Virus record (IMG/VR): IMGVR_UViG_3300008110_000029 | DNA from: a virus | Lineage: Duplodnaviria > Heunggongvirae > Uroviricota > Caudoviricetes | Length of the DNA: 64,000 nt | Direction: 5' to 3' (one strand) | Part shown: in pieces, positions 43,696-52,984 of the stretch | How positions within the stretch are numbered: position 1 is the stretch's first letter | Layout: each line of letters begins with the position of its first letter | Made by a program: the position numbers and the translations under genes | The notes under the pieces: generated by a model | The model's database searches: none | What the model was told of the DNA's origin: nothing | What the model saw: only the letters and a program-made list of their open reading frames with translations

Positions 43696-44869
43696 GAGCA
43701 GTTATCAAATTACTCATCATTGAGTCATCATGAAACGGAGTAGGTGCGAAACGTAACCGCTCCGTTCCCACATCAACCGTAGGATAGTTAATGGCCTGCA
43801 CATAAATGTTAAATTCATCTAACAATTTATCACTCATTTTTTTAGCACGTTTAGCATCACCAACTAACAACGGAACAATATGAGTAGTAGAGCAGGTCAT
43901 TAAGGGCAGTTCATTTTCTTTAAACAGTTGTTTGAGTTTACCAGCTCTTTCTTGATGTTTAACACGAACTTCGTTATGATCCTTAAGCCATTTAACTGCT
44001 GCCAGTGCACCTGCACAGGCCACTGGCGACATTGAAGTTGTAAAGATAAATCCTGCTGCCACTGAACGAATAGCATCAACGACATCAGCATCGGCAGCAA
44101 TATAACCACCTTGGACTCCAAACGCCTTGCCTAGGGTTCCATTGATTATATCAATCCTAGACTCTAGTCCGAGTTCTTCTACTTTTCCACCTCCGTGGGT
44201 TCCGTAGAGTCCTACCGCATGTACTTCGTCGATGTAAGTGATAGCATTGTATTTGTCTGCTAGGTCACAAATCTCTTTAATCAGTCCAACGTCGCCATCC
44301 ATTGAGTAAACTGATTCAAACACAATACAGGGTATCTGTCCTGATATGGTTACATTGGCTAACTTATCTTCTAGGTCTTGTAGATCATTGTGTTTGAAAA
44401 TACTCTTGCTGGCTTTGCTGTGACTAATACCTACAATTAAACTGTTATGATTATTAGCATCACTGATAAAATGTATGTTAGGAATAATCTTTGATAATGC
44501 TATCAAAGTCCATTCGTTGGCCACATAAGCTGAGCTGAACAATAACGCTTTACTCTTATTATGCAGCATGGCTAGTTCATGTTCCAAGGCCACATGATAG
44601 TGACTGTGTCCGCCAATATTGCGTGTACCTCCTGAACCTGCTCCTGTTTGATCTAAGGCTGTGTGCATAGCATCCAGAACTACTTTGTGTTGACCCATAC
44701 CTAGATAATCGTTTGAGCACCAATTTACTATGGTTTTGATATTATACGGGCCGTACCAAATTGCTCGTGGAAATTGCCCTCGTTCACGCACAATGTCGTT
44801 AAACACACGATATTTGCCCGTGTCCTTGAGATCTAGGATAAGTTTTTTAAAAGGTTCTTTGTTAATCAT
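43676..44869 (-). CDS. hemA: 5-aminolevulinate synthase (PLP-dependent, Shemin pathway)
   Basis: [53 protein letters not shown]. Confidence 0.92.
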   Translation of the reverse strand: MINKEPFKKLILDLKDTGKYRVFNDIVRERGQFPRAIWYGPYNIKTIVNWCSNDYLGMGQHKVVLDAMHTALDQTGAGSGGTRNIGGHSHYHVALEHELAMLHNKSKALLFSSAYVANEWTLIALSKIIPNIHFISDANNHNSLIVGISHSKASKSIFKHNDLQDLEDKLANVTISGQIPCIVFESVYSMDGDVGLIKEICDLADKYNAITYIDEVHAVGLYGTHGGGKVEELGLESRIDIINGTLGKAFGVQGGYIAADADVVDAIRSVAAGFIFTTSMSPVACAGALAAVKWLKDHNEVRVKHQERAGKLKQLFKENELPLMTCSTTHIVPLLVGDAKRAKKMSDKLLDEFNIYVQAINYPTVDVGTERLRFAPTPFHDDSMMSNLITALKDVYQ

Positions 44870-44910
44870 AGTCCCATATTTACCGCTAAATATTTGATCG
44901 GAGATTTGGA

Positions 44911-45162
44911 ATGGATATTGTAAAATTAGACGTGCCTTTGTTTATAAGGCTTTTAGAACTAGCCCGTGAAGATGTAAAACAAGATGCAGATCTGCATGAT
45001 ATAGCAGAAGCAGTTATTAAACTAAGTCAGGACGGACCTGTTACAATGGCAGATTACGATACTATTGTATCCTTTATGAAAGGGCAGGGAGATCCAGCTC
45101 CGGAAAAACCTGCAGAATCTTTTGATGAATTAAACAGAATTAGAAAACTTGGAGGTCTATAA
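44911..45162 (+). CDS. small hypothetical (probable virion) protein
   Basis: TAAATA and GGAG upstream. Confidence 0.7.
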   Translation: MDIVKLDVPLFIRLLELAREDVKQDADLHDIAEAVIKLSQDGPVTMADYDTIVSFMKGQGDPAPEKPAESFDELNRIRKLGGL

Positions 45163-45584
45163 TGGCCAATATTACTATTTCTGTTCAGAGTTTTTTAAAT
45201 TCAGCTAACAATCTAAGTATTACTATTGACGATGGTCAAACTGTGGCTCAATTAAAAACTGCTGTCAATGCAGCAGAAGGTACCCCAGTAGACATAATGG
45301 ATTTATTTTTAAGTGGAACAAAATTAACTGACGCCACAACACTAGTGGCTAGTGGAATGATTGCAGGATCTTACATAAAGACTTCTAATAATCTAACTCA
45401 GACCGGTCTTTGGACCAAACAACAAAGACAGGATTACAAATTGCAAATTGCTGCTTTAAGAAGAGCAGCAACTAGTCGTCGTTCAACATACGATATTAAT
45501 GAATTACCGAATCCATATAACGGAAATGATACAGCTCCAGATGACGGAGCATCAACGCTGACCCTTGGTCGCCCTTGGAGTTAA
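45162..45584 (+). CDS. ubiquitin-like (beta-grasp) domain protein with C-terminal extension
   Basis: ungapped manual alignment to ubiquitin T22-S65 gives 13/44 identities. Confidence 0.7.
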   Translation: MANITISVQSFLNSANNLSITIDDGQTVAQLKTAVNAAEGTPVDIMDLFLSGTKLTDATTLVASGMIAGSYIKTSNNLTQTGLWTKQQRQDYKLQIAALRRAATSRRSTYDINELPNPYNGNDTAPDDGASTLTLGRPWS

Positions 45585-45587
45585 TTA

Positions 45588-46940
45588 ATGGGCGTTCGTA
45601 ATAAAAATTCAACAAACTACGTCCACGCAGACGAGCCCAATATTTTAAATCTCCATAAGGCTATGGAGTACAATGCTATTGGGCAACCTGTACTACGTGC
45701 CAACGTTAACCTAGTAGGCTCAGGCGAAGGTTCTGGAGTCAGTTCCAGCATAGACAGTAAAGGTCGTCTCAAAGTACAGACACAACAGACTATATTCTTC
45801 AACACATTCCAGTATGGTAAAGAAACTGATGTGTGGGATGAGAGCGCAGTCAACGGAGCCTCCGCAGTATTTGACACTTCATTTAGTCAAATACGCATGG
45901 AGGTGACAAATCAACTGGGATCCAAGGTCATACGACAAACCCGCAACGTTCAACGTTATACTCCAGGCCGCACACAGAGTGTGGCATTCGCTATTAGGTT
46001 AGATACACCAACAACTGGTATTCGTCGTAGGTTTGGTATGTTTGATGGCAATGATGGATTTTTCTTTGAGGACTGTGGAACTGTTGACCCTGACACAGGT
46101 GAGCCACAGTATGCCTGTGTGATTATCAACAGTGATGGTGCTACACCCACAGTGGAAAGAATATATCGTAAAGACTGGAACGGTGATAAACTAGATGGTA
46201 ATGGTCCCAGTGGTTTCACAGCAAATCCTCAAGCACAGCAGTTAGTCATGATGGACTACGAATGGTATGGTGCTGGACAGGTATCCTTTATGTTTGTGAT
46301 GAACGGCTTGCCCAGAGTTATACACACCTTTAACCACGGTAATAGACTACAGAGTCCTTGGGCGAAAACTCCATTCTTGCCCATCAGACTGGAGATAGAA
46401 AATCTCACTGGAGCCGCGGGCACACACTATCTATGGCAGGGCAGTAATAGTATTCTAGCAGAAGGATCGGTTGAAAAACTAGGCATCGCTGAAAGTATTC
46501 TAACACCGTTAACTGGTATCAACATGCCCTTGTCCAACACATTCTATCCCGTAGTCAGTATTAGAATAAAAAGCACAGCATTAACAGGCATTGTTATACC
46601 TACTTACTTCCAAGCAGGCACTGTAGACAACACTGACATTTACTTTAAACTTATACGCAATGCCACAGTAAACGGCACGTGGGTGGATCATCCAGATCCC
46701 AATGCTTTCACACAGTACAACTATACTTCAACGGGTGCTATCACAGACGGTGTTGAACTGTCAGCAGGTATCATTACAGCAGGCGGCGGTGCCGCACAGA
46801 TTAGAGTGGACACCGACACAGTTTATCAAATTGGTCGAAGTAATTTAGGCACAGTCAGCGATAACTTAACCTTGGCTATCGCTGCCAAGAATGCCAACAA
46901 GAATGCTGTGGCCACAATGACTTGGATTGAACAGAGATGA
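45588..46940 (+). CDS. probable virion structural protein (beta-sandwich rich)
   Basis: 450 aa, beta-rich, in a late operon. Confidence 0.6.
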   Translation: MGVRNKNSTNYVHADEPNILNLHKAMEYNAIGQPVLRANVNLVGSGEGSGVSSSIDSKGRLKVQTQQTIFFNTFQYGKETDVWDESAVNGASAVFDTSFSQIRMEVTNQLGSKVIRQTRNVQRYTPGRTQSVAFAIRLDTPTTGIRRRFGMFDGNDGFFFEDCGTVDPDTGEPQYACVIINSDGATPTVERIYRKDWNGDKLDGNGPSGFTANPQAQQLVMMDYEWYGAGQVSFMFVMNGLPRVIHTFNHGNRLQSPWAKTPFLPIRLEIENLTGAAGTHYLWQGSNSILAEGSVEKLGIAESILTPLTGINMPLSNTFYPVVSIRIKSTALTGIVIPTYFQAGTVDNTDIYFKLIRNATVNGTWVDHPDPNAFTQYNYTSTGAITDGVELSAGIITAGGGAAQIRVDTDTVYQIGRSNLGTVSDNLTLAIAAKNANKNAVATMTWIEQR

Positions 46941-47362
46941 TCTACAGAAAATATATAAACATCGTAGAAGCAGCCAACAAAGGTTGTCCTATTGCTACCT
47001 ACGACATAGACGTCAACCTAAAGAATCGTCAGAAGGCCATTGATGATTATCACTACGGCCCTGCTAATCCTGAGGAGCCAGAATCATATTGGAAGGATGC
47101 CGCAAAACGATGGGATATTACAGAAAAGACTGCTCGTACAATGCTGTGCGGTAACTGTGCGGCTTTTGATGTATCAGACAAAATGTGGACATGTATTGAA
47201 GATGGTATCAAAGGTGATGAAAAATCTGCAGATGCTATGGCCACAATCCACAAAGCAGACTTAGGCTACTGCAACTTCCTACACTTCAAATGCGCCGGAG
47301 ATCGTTCCTGCACAGCGTGGGTCACTGGCGGAGCAATAGATGACAAGGATCGTACAGAATGA
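46937..47362 (+). CDS. Cys-containing protein (HiPIP-like spacing)
   Basis: CGNC...C...C.....C..W. Confidence 0.6.
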   Translation: MIYRKYINIVEAANKGCPIATYDIDVNLKNRQKAIDDYHYGPANPEEPESYWKDAAKRWDITEKTARTMLCGNCAAFDVSDKMWTCIEDGIKGDEKSADAMATIHKADLGYCNFLHFKCAGDRSCTAWVTGGAIDDKDRTE

Positions 47363-47751
47363 AAATACAAGATGTAGTTTCTGAAGGCAAGTTTAGATCT
47401 AGAGACATCGAGGATTATAAACCCGATAATGAAAAACTCAACGATCTAAAAAGCAAATATCTTCCAGACTGGGAAATGTTAGATCATAAAACTCTACAAG
47501 CCAAATACGTTGCTAAGGATCACAGACATGCCTTATCATTTGTAAAATTCATTAATGGTCTTTCGGAACGTATGGATCATTTTGCAGAAGTTACACAGGA
47601 TGTTGCAGAAGTCACAGTAAAGACTACTACATTTGATGTCAAAGGGTTAACTGTATTAGATTTTAAACTGGCAATGAAAGTTGATCGTTACGCTGAAAAG
47701 AATGACATAGAACAAGTGCGTATGCAGGGCAACTTTGGTATGCATGAATAA
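47359..47751 (+). CDS. pterin-4a-carbinolamine dehydratase (PCD/PhhB)-like protein
   Basis: LPDWE, ALSFV, E..DH, GLT..DF.LA..VD pattern, catalytic His residues altered. Confidence 0.8.
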   Translation: MKIQDVVSEGKFRSRDIEDYKPDNEKLNDLKSKYLPDWEMLDHKTLQAKYVAKDHRHALSFVKFINGLSERMDHFAEVTQDVAEVTVKTTTFDVKGLTVLDFKLAMKVDRYAEKNDIEQVRMQGNFGMHE

Positions 47752-47762
47752 GGGAGCGAATA

Positions 47763-47897
47763 ATGGAAAAGGAATCAATTTGTAATTATTGTAAACATCA
47801 AGCACATTGCGGACAAAGTTGCTTAGACGAAAGTTGCGACCATTGTTCAGAATGCGCCTGCGATCATTGTCAAGCAGAATCTACTAGAGAAGAATAA
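47763..47897 (+). CDS. 44-aa Cys/His-rich metallothionein-like peptide, absent from track
   Basis: 9 Cys and 4 His, GGGAG RBS, TAATG coupling to the next gene. Confidence 0.7.
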   Translation: MEKESICNYCKHQAHCGQSCLDESCDHCSECACDHCQAESTREE

Positions 47898-48517
47898 TGT
47901 TTCGTAGACATCAAATTACATTGATGTCAAATCCGTCCTGTAATAAAAAAATTGAAAATTTAGAATTGACAGATTTTCAATACTACGATAAAGATGGATT
48001 TGAATTAAATCGCGCAGAACGTAAATTTTACGCTGCAATGAAATATCCTATTGATAATCCTATATTGAATCATACCTGTTGGCAAGAACCGTGGTTTGAA
48101 TTAGAAAAAGACAATTTAAATTTAATATTAGATCACAGTATATTTCTTTGTAAATGTAAGTTTGATGGTGAGGCAGAACAACAACTTAGAAGGTTAAAAG
48201 AATCAATTCCTCAAGCTGATTTATTATTAAGAACTAAACAAAAGTGGGGTTTTGATTTTGCGTTAGATGCAGTGCGTGATGGAACAGTGTTTGAGGTTCT
48301 GCATATAGAATACGATCATTACAACTATGATATTTTTAAGAATCGTATGATTAATTTTGAATGGACAGTGCGGCATACTGATTGGCGTGACGCTGCTGAT
48401 CGTATATGGTCAGTCAGAGACCAATGGCAAGGTCTACAAGGATTTGATCAAAATCACTGGAAAGCTAACTTTTTATTAGGTTGGACCAAAGCTGAATTTA
48501 CAGAGAAAAGCGTATAA
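47897..48517 (+). CDS. conserved phage hypothetical protein
   Basis: 206 aa. Confidence 0.75.
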   Translation: MFRRHQITLMSNPSCNKKIENLELTDFQYYDKDGFELNRAERKFYAAMKYPIDNPILNHTCWQEPWFELEKDNLNLILDHSIFLCKCKFDGEAEQQLRRLKESIPQADLLLRTKQKWGFDFALDAVRDGTVFEVLHIEYDHYNYDIFKNRMINFEWTVRHTDWRDAADRIWSVRDQWQGLQGFDQNHWKANFLLGWTKAEFTEKSV

Positions 48518-48543
48518 ATACAGCTATTATTAGTGAGGTTTTC

Positions 48544-49002
48544 ATGTTTAAAGAAAAACTATTCCTAGCTATGCTAGGATTTTTGCTGTTTTTTCCACTT
48601 AGCAAAGCAGCTTTTGCACAAAAAGCACCACAAGGTGTTACGTATGACGCACAAATTTTAAGGGTAAGCGACGGTGACACTATTGTTATCAGTGCACCAT
48701 TTCTTCCTAAGCCGCTCAAACCAGAACTTGCAGTTAGAATCTACGGAGTTGACACTCCAGAAAAAGGCCACAGAGCTCAGTGCCCAAGTGAAGCTCAGCG
48801 AGGGGAAGCAGCCTCAGCATTTACCAAAAACGCAGTAGCTACTACTCAAAAACATCAGGTTACGCTTTACGCCTGGGATAAGTTTGGTGGTCGTGTACTG
48901 GGAGATATCATTCTAAATGGTGTTAGTCTACGTGCCGAACTAATTAAAAATGGGTTTGCCCGTGAGTACTACGGCGAAGCCAAACAAAGTTGGTGTCAAT
49001 AA
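48544..49002 (+). CDS. thermonuclease (SNase-like) with signal peptide
   Basis: SDGDTI, VRIYGVDTPE, DKFGGRVLG, LIKNGFAR. TATAAATA upstream. Confidence 0.9.
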   Translation: MFKEKLFLAMLGFLLFFPLSKAAFAQKAPQGVTYDAQILRVSDGDTIVISAPFLPKPLKPELAVRIYGVDTPEKGHRAQCPSEAQRGEAASAFTKNAVATTQKHQVTLYAWDKFGGRVLGDIILNGVSLRAELIKNGFAREYYGEAKQSWCQ

Positions 49003-49838
49003 TGAAATCATTCCGCAATTATCTTTATGAAGTAGAACGTAGACGTCAGCCTGATGAGGATGATGATTCTGAACGTAAGCCTACTAAAGACAAACAGAAA
49101 GATCCTTTTGCGGACTTTGATGATCTATTTGCTCCTCGAGATGACAAGTTACCTGCTGCCCCAGAACCGGAGCGCAGACAAGAGGAACCACCACGTGACG
49201 ATGGAGATAGACGCAGACGTGCTAGTCAGGCTGATACACAACGAGCAGCTGGTAATATAGCACCAAATCAACGTATGCGTGATCTGTTAGGTCGTATGCG
49301 TGATATTGAAAATGATCCAGATGATCCAGGATATCCTGATCCAGAACCACCGCAAGATTTGCCCGATGTTAGAGTGAACAATCAAAACTTACCAGCGGTA
49401 GCAGGTGCTAATCTAAGAGCAGCAGGAGTTCAAGATCCAGACTTTCATAAGGTATCTAACTTACCAGGCAATATGAGTCGTGCTATTCGTACATTAGGCC
49501 GTCAACTGTTTAGATCATTTACCACAACAGATACAAACGACATCTGGATGGTAGGTAATTTAGGTGGGCAAGGTCCTAACTCAAGACAAGAAGTAAATGC
49601 AGTTGCTGGGTGGGTTAGGAATAACGGTGAAGATATTGGTACTGGTGATATTGATTTTGATACTAGTATTCCTGGATATCAAGCAGAAATACAACAGTAT
49701 TCAGCTGGCGGCATTCGTTGGCTATTAGTAAGAGATGAATTTGGTGACTATATCTATAGTTGGCCAGAAGCAGATAGTGTGGGACATAATCGTGCTGCAC
49801 AAATAGGTCGTGACCGACCACGTCTAGGAAATGATTAA
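49002..49838 (+). CDS. probable internal head protein
   Basis: leader MKSFRNYLYE, low-complexity D/P/R-rich N-terminal half. Confidence 0.6.
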   Translation: MKSFRNYLYEVERRRQPDEDDDSERKPTKDKQKDPFADFDDLFAPRDDKLPAAPEPERRQEEPPRDDGDRRRRASQADTQRAAGNIAPNQRMRDLLGRMRDIENDPDDPGYPDPEPPQDLPDVRVNNQNLPAVAGANLRAAGVQDPDFHKVSNLPGNMSRAIRTLGRQLFRSFTTTDTNDIWMVGNLGGQGPNSRQEVNAVAGWVRNNGEDIGTGDIDFDTSIPGYQAEIQQYSAGGIRWLLVRDEFGDYIYSWPEADSVGHNRAAQIGRDRPRLGND

Positions 49839-49846
49839 ATAAAATT

Positions 49847-50713
49847 ATGACAAACGCTGGAAAATTATTTGCCGATATGTATAAAGAATCTCTCACAGAG
49901 GCTTCTACCACTGGAGATATTATTAAAAGTAAACCTGGTGGTTCGGCCATTATGAAAGATCTACACACCACCGAACAAACTCCACATGATTTAAAATATG
50001 ATAAAATAGAAAAAATCAGTTGGAGTGAGTTAAAAGATTACAGTCGTAAGAGCTGGGTAGTTATTGTAGGTTCCGAAGGAACTGGTGCAATTAAAGTCGA
50101 TAACAATACATATCTTGCCAAAGCTGCTAAAGCAGATGGTGAAGTTAAAAGTTTTAGAAATGACAGAGGCGGCAATATATTAGATTTCCTTAAAGGTAAC
50201 ATTGGAAAATTAAGAGAGTTCCATGTAGCTTTAAAACAAAAAGATACCTCGGATACTCAAAGACAGCGAAAAGAACTTAATAAGAAACCCGATGCCGTTA
50301 AAGTAAGTCAAGAATCTCTTGTACAAAAATTCAAACCTTTATGGACTAAAGCTATTAATTCAGCCATTGTGGATATTAAAGGTCACGTAGTAAATCAAAT
50401 TAAAAATGATGCATTTGAAAAAGCAGAAAAGAAATTACATCATATTAAAAATTTAGAAAATGCTATACAAAATATGAATCAAGATAGATATGGAACAGTT
50501 AGTATTATTAAAAGTTCAGTAAATGTAGCAGTCATGATGACCGCTGCTCATTACTATCCAGAAAAAACTGGCGATATAACAAAAGATCGTAATGGGTATT
50601 CTGTTCAAAATAGAGAAGGTGTGAATCAATTGTTAACAGATCTTGAACAAGGTGATACAGCTAAACTTGGAACAGTCCTAGCATTCTTTAAAAGGACATT
50701 GATATCAGGATGA
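49847..50713 (+). CDS. probable internal head protein
   Basis: TAAATA upstream, leader ending SLTEA. Confidence 0.6.
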   Translation: MTNAGKLFADMYKESLTEASTTGDIIKSKPGGSAIMKDLHTTEQTPHDLKYDKIEKISWSELKDYSRKSWVVIVGSEGTGAIKVDNNTYLAKAAKADGEVKSFRNDRGGNILDFLKGNIGKLREFHVALKQKDTSDTQRQRKELNKKPDAVKVSQESLVQKFKPLWTKAINSAIVDIKGHVVNQIKNDAFEKAEKKLHHIKNLENAIQNMNQDRYGTVSIIKSSVNVAVMMTAAHYYPEKTGDITKDRNGYSVQNREGVNQLLTDLEQGDTAKLGTVLAFFKRTLISG

Positions 50714-51852
50714 AACTAACACAAATTATTCTAGAAGCAAACATTGCTGCCAAATTAAAAGATCCTAAAATTATAAAAATGTTAGGTATTGCCGTGCGTC
50801 ACGACGAAACTTTACCAAAACATAAGATAGCAGCATTAGGTCCAAAACCTGAAGATGATCAGATTCTTAATTTATGGAGCGAAATACTAGATCAAAGTTT
50901 AAGCTCAACTAATTATGGTAATATATCTACCGATGGTAAATTTGATGATTGGTTAACACGTCTTTATATTAATGGCGTGGTTGATTATGAGGATATCAGC
51001 GGAGAAGGTGGAGACGCTCTCGGTGCTTGGAAGGCTCTGAGTATACGAGGTAAATTAAAGCCAGAACATCAAGACTTTAACAAATTTAAAAGCATAAAAG
51101 AAATACAACGTATCGTAAGAATGCAAGAATATCGTACAGAATTAGATAGAATTAAAAATGCCGAAGTTATTGAAAAACATAAGCGTGAAAAGAAAGAAAC
51201 CACACTTATAGATAACGAACGTTTCTTGATTACACTGCCTTATAACTACGGTGCTTGCTATACATTTAATAATTCTGCAGGATTCCAAGCCAGCTTCTGT
51301 ACAGGATCTAGTTCGGGGCTACGTTGGTTCGAACGCTATGCTCCAGAAGGTCCAATTATTTCTATTTTTGATAAACAAAATCAAGAAGATGAAAATGGTA
51401 AATGGCAAATGCATGCCCCAACCGGACAGATGAACAACGGAGATCAAAGCGTAACTTATAGAAGTGGTGACAAAAGGTTTTCAGAATTATATCCTGGATT
51501 AATGAAAGAAATTATTGCAGCCATGCAGCAAAAGGCTGAAGAAATTAAAACCAATTCTACTGAAATTACCAGTGGCGGGTACGATGTTGAAGCAGCAATT
51601 AATGACATTAAAGATAAGTTACCTTCTTCTTACGCATCAGAAGCTCCTAAACCAGAAGTTGAACCAGAAGCCGAACCAGGAGCACAAGTTGACGGTCCTG
51701 GAGAATATCTAGTTACACATACTCCTACTGGTAGACAGGCACGTATTAATGCAGACGGTCGTGATGATGCACAACAGAAGTTATTACAAAGACATCCTAA
51801 TATTAATTTAGATGACTTTACATTTGAATTACAGCCCGGAGAGGCTCAATAA
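50710..51852 (+). CDS. probable internal head protein
   Basis: leader MKLTQIILEA. Confidence 0.6.
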   Translation: MKLTQIILEANIAAKLKDPKIIKMLGIAVRHDETLPKHKIAALGPKPEDDQILNLWSEILDQSLSSTNYGNISTDGKFDDWLTRLYINGVVDYEDISGEGGDALGAWKALSIRGKLKPEHQDFNKFKSIKEIQRIVRMQEYRTELDRIKNAEVIEKHKREKKETTLIDNERFLITLPYNYGACYTFNNSAGFQASFCTGSSSGLRWFERYAPEGPIISIFDKQNQEDENGKWQMHAPTGQMNNGDQSVTYRSGDKRFSELYPGLMKEIIAAMQQKAEEIKTNSTEITSGGYDVEAAINDIKDKLPSSYASEAPKPEVEPEAEPGAQVDGPGEYLVTHTPTGRQARINADGRDDAQQKLLQRHPNINLDDFTFELQPGEAQ

Positions 51853-51950
51853 CACCTACCTTAGGACGTTATCGTTACTTTAGGTGTGCCCGGCTGCTGG
51901 GCAGAACGTTATGGGAGTCGTGCCCCGGAATGGCGTTCTAAGTGAGCACT
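51852..51950 (+). ncRNA. candidate structured RNA (three stems plus tail), family unassigned
   Basis: ACACCTA/TAGGTGT, GCCC/GGGC and AGAACG/CGTTCT stems, with a nested GGG/CCC stem, filling an intergenic gap. Confidence 0.55.
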
Positions 51951-51953
51951 AAT

Positions 51954-52538
51954 TCAACTAACTATCTTTTGATAGATTTCTTTCCAGTTCTTGACTCGTG
52001 GTATCGCTGAATCTTCGTAATCCATATTGTGTCCGTGTTCCATCAGTAGACTTTTAAGACCTAGGCTATTGCCAACTTGACAGTTAACAATTTTATCTTC
52101 AATCCACCACAGTCCGCTATCACGATAAGGTTCTAAGGCTTCATCTTTGTCTGCACCTGTGTCTAAGAAAATAAATTTTTCAAATGCTGTTTCTCCAAAC
52201 AATTTCTTTAAATTCATTTTACGTAGTTCTTGTGCATTTTCATCTTTACTCAATGATGTAATACAATGAAACACATACCCATGTTCTTCGTGTAGCCGTT
52301 TTACATAATACATAGCATCGCGCAATGGAGGCAGGAATCCCATGTGTGCAGATTCGTTAAAAATCTTTATAAGCTTTTTACCTTGATCCATGTCAATGCC
52401 ATAACGGGCACCAATATTGTATTTTAAGTTTCCACCATCAACTTTATTAAAGCCATGCTGTCGCATGTACACATCAAAAGCGTATTCCCAATCTAGCAGA
52501 ACACCGTCTGCATCTGTTAATATAATTTTATTTTTCAT
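51954..52538 (-). CDS. HAD-family 5'(3')-deoxyribonucleotidase-like phosphatase
   Basis: TDADGVLLDW, ITSL, WIEDK. Confidence 0.8.
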   Translation of the reverse strand: MKNKIILTDADGVLLDWEYAFDVYMRQHGFNKVDGGNLKYNIGARYGIDMDQGKKLIKIFNESAHMGFLPPLRDAMYYVKRLHEEHGYVFHCITSLSKDENAQELRKMNLKKLFGETAFEKFIFLDTGADKDEALEPYRDSGLWWIEDKIVNCQVGNSLGLKSLLMEHGHNMDYEDSAIPRVKNWKEIYQKIVS

Positions 52539-52726
52539 ATTGTGATATCTATGTTTTGTCCTAATCGATTATCAAGTTCCCTGGCTCTTTGCATATTTTC
52601 TATTTTTAGTTTATCAAGATGTTGTTGATGATCTACTCTATCGTCATACAGAGTTTTATCTCGCATTTTCGTAAGATAACGTGCATATTCTTCGTAGTAG
52701 CGTACTGTAGTGGGATTGATTTTCAT
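52535..52726 (-). CDS. small hypothetical protein (start MKINPT)
   Basis: ATGA coupling. Confidence 0.6.
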   Translation of the reverse strand: MKINPTTVRYYEEYARYLTKMRDKTLYDDRVDHQQHLDKLKIENMQRARELDNRLGQNIDITI

Positions 52727-52935
52727 TTGTAGAATAATCCTATAACATAGATAATTAATAGACCAATATTGATTACTACTAAATTCCATTCTTTAATCCG
52801 TAAACTCCAAATCAAATATAGAACAGCACCAATGTTAAGCAACCAAATATTTGTAGGATCAATTCTTAAACTGGTACACATGGCCCCTGCTAATGTTATA
52901 AAACAAGCAGTCCATTTTAGGATAGAGTTTAGCAT
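52723..52935 (-). CDS. small multi-TM membrane protein
   Basis: own promoter TTGACA-17-TATAAT at 52942-52970. Confidence 0.75.
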   Translation of the reverse strand: MLNSILKWTACFITLAGAMCTSLRIDPTNIWLLNIGAVLYLIWSLRIKEWNLVVINIGLLIIYVIGLFYK

Positions 52936-52984
52936 ATTGTGATTATATAATCTGTTATTGAGTATGTCAAGCTATAAATACTTG

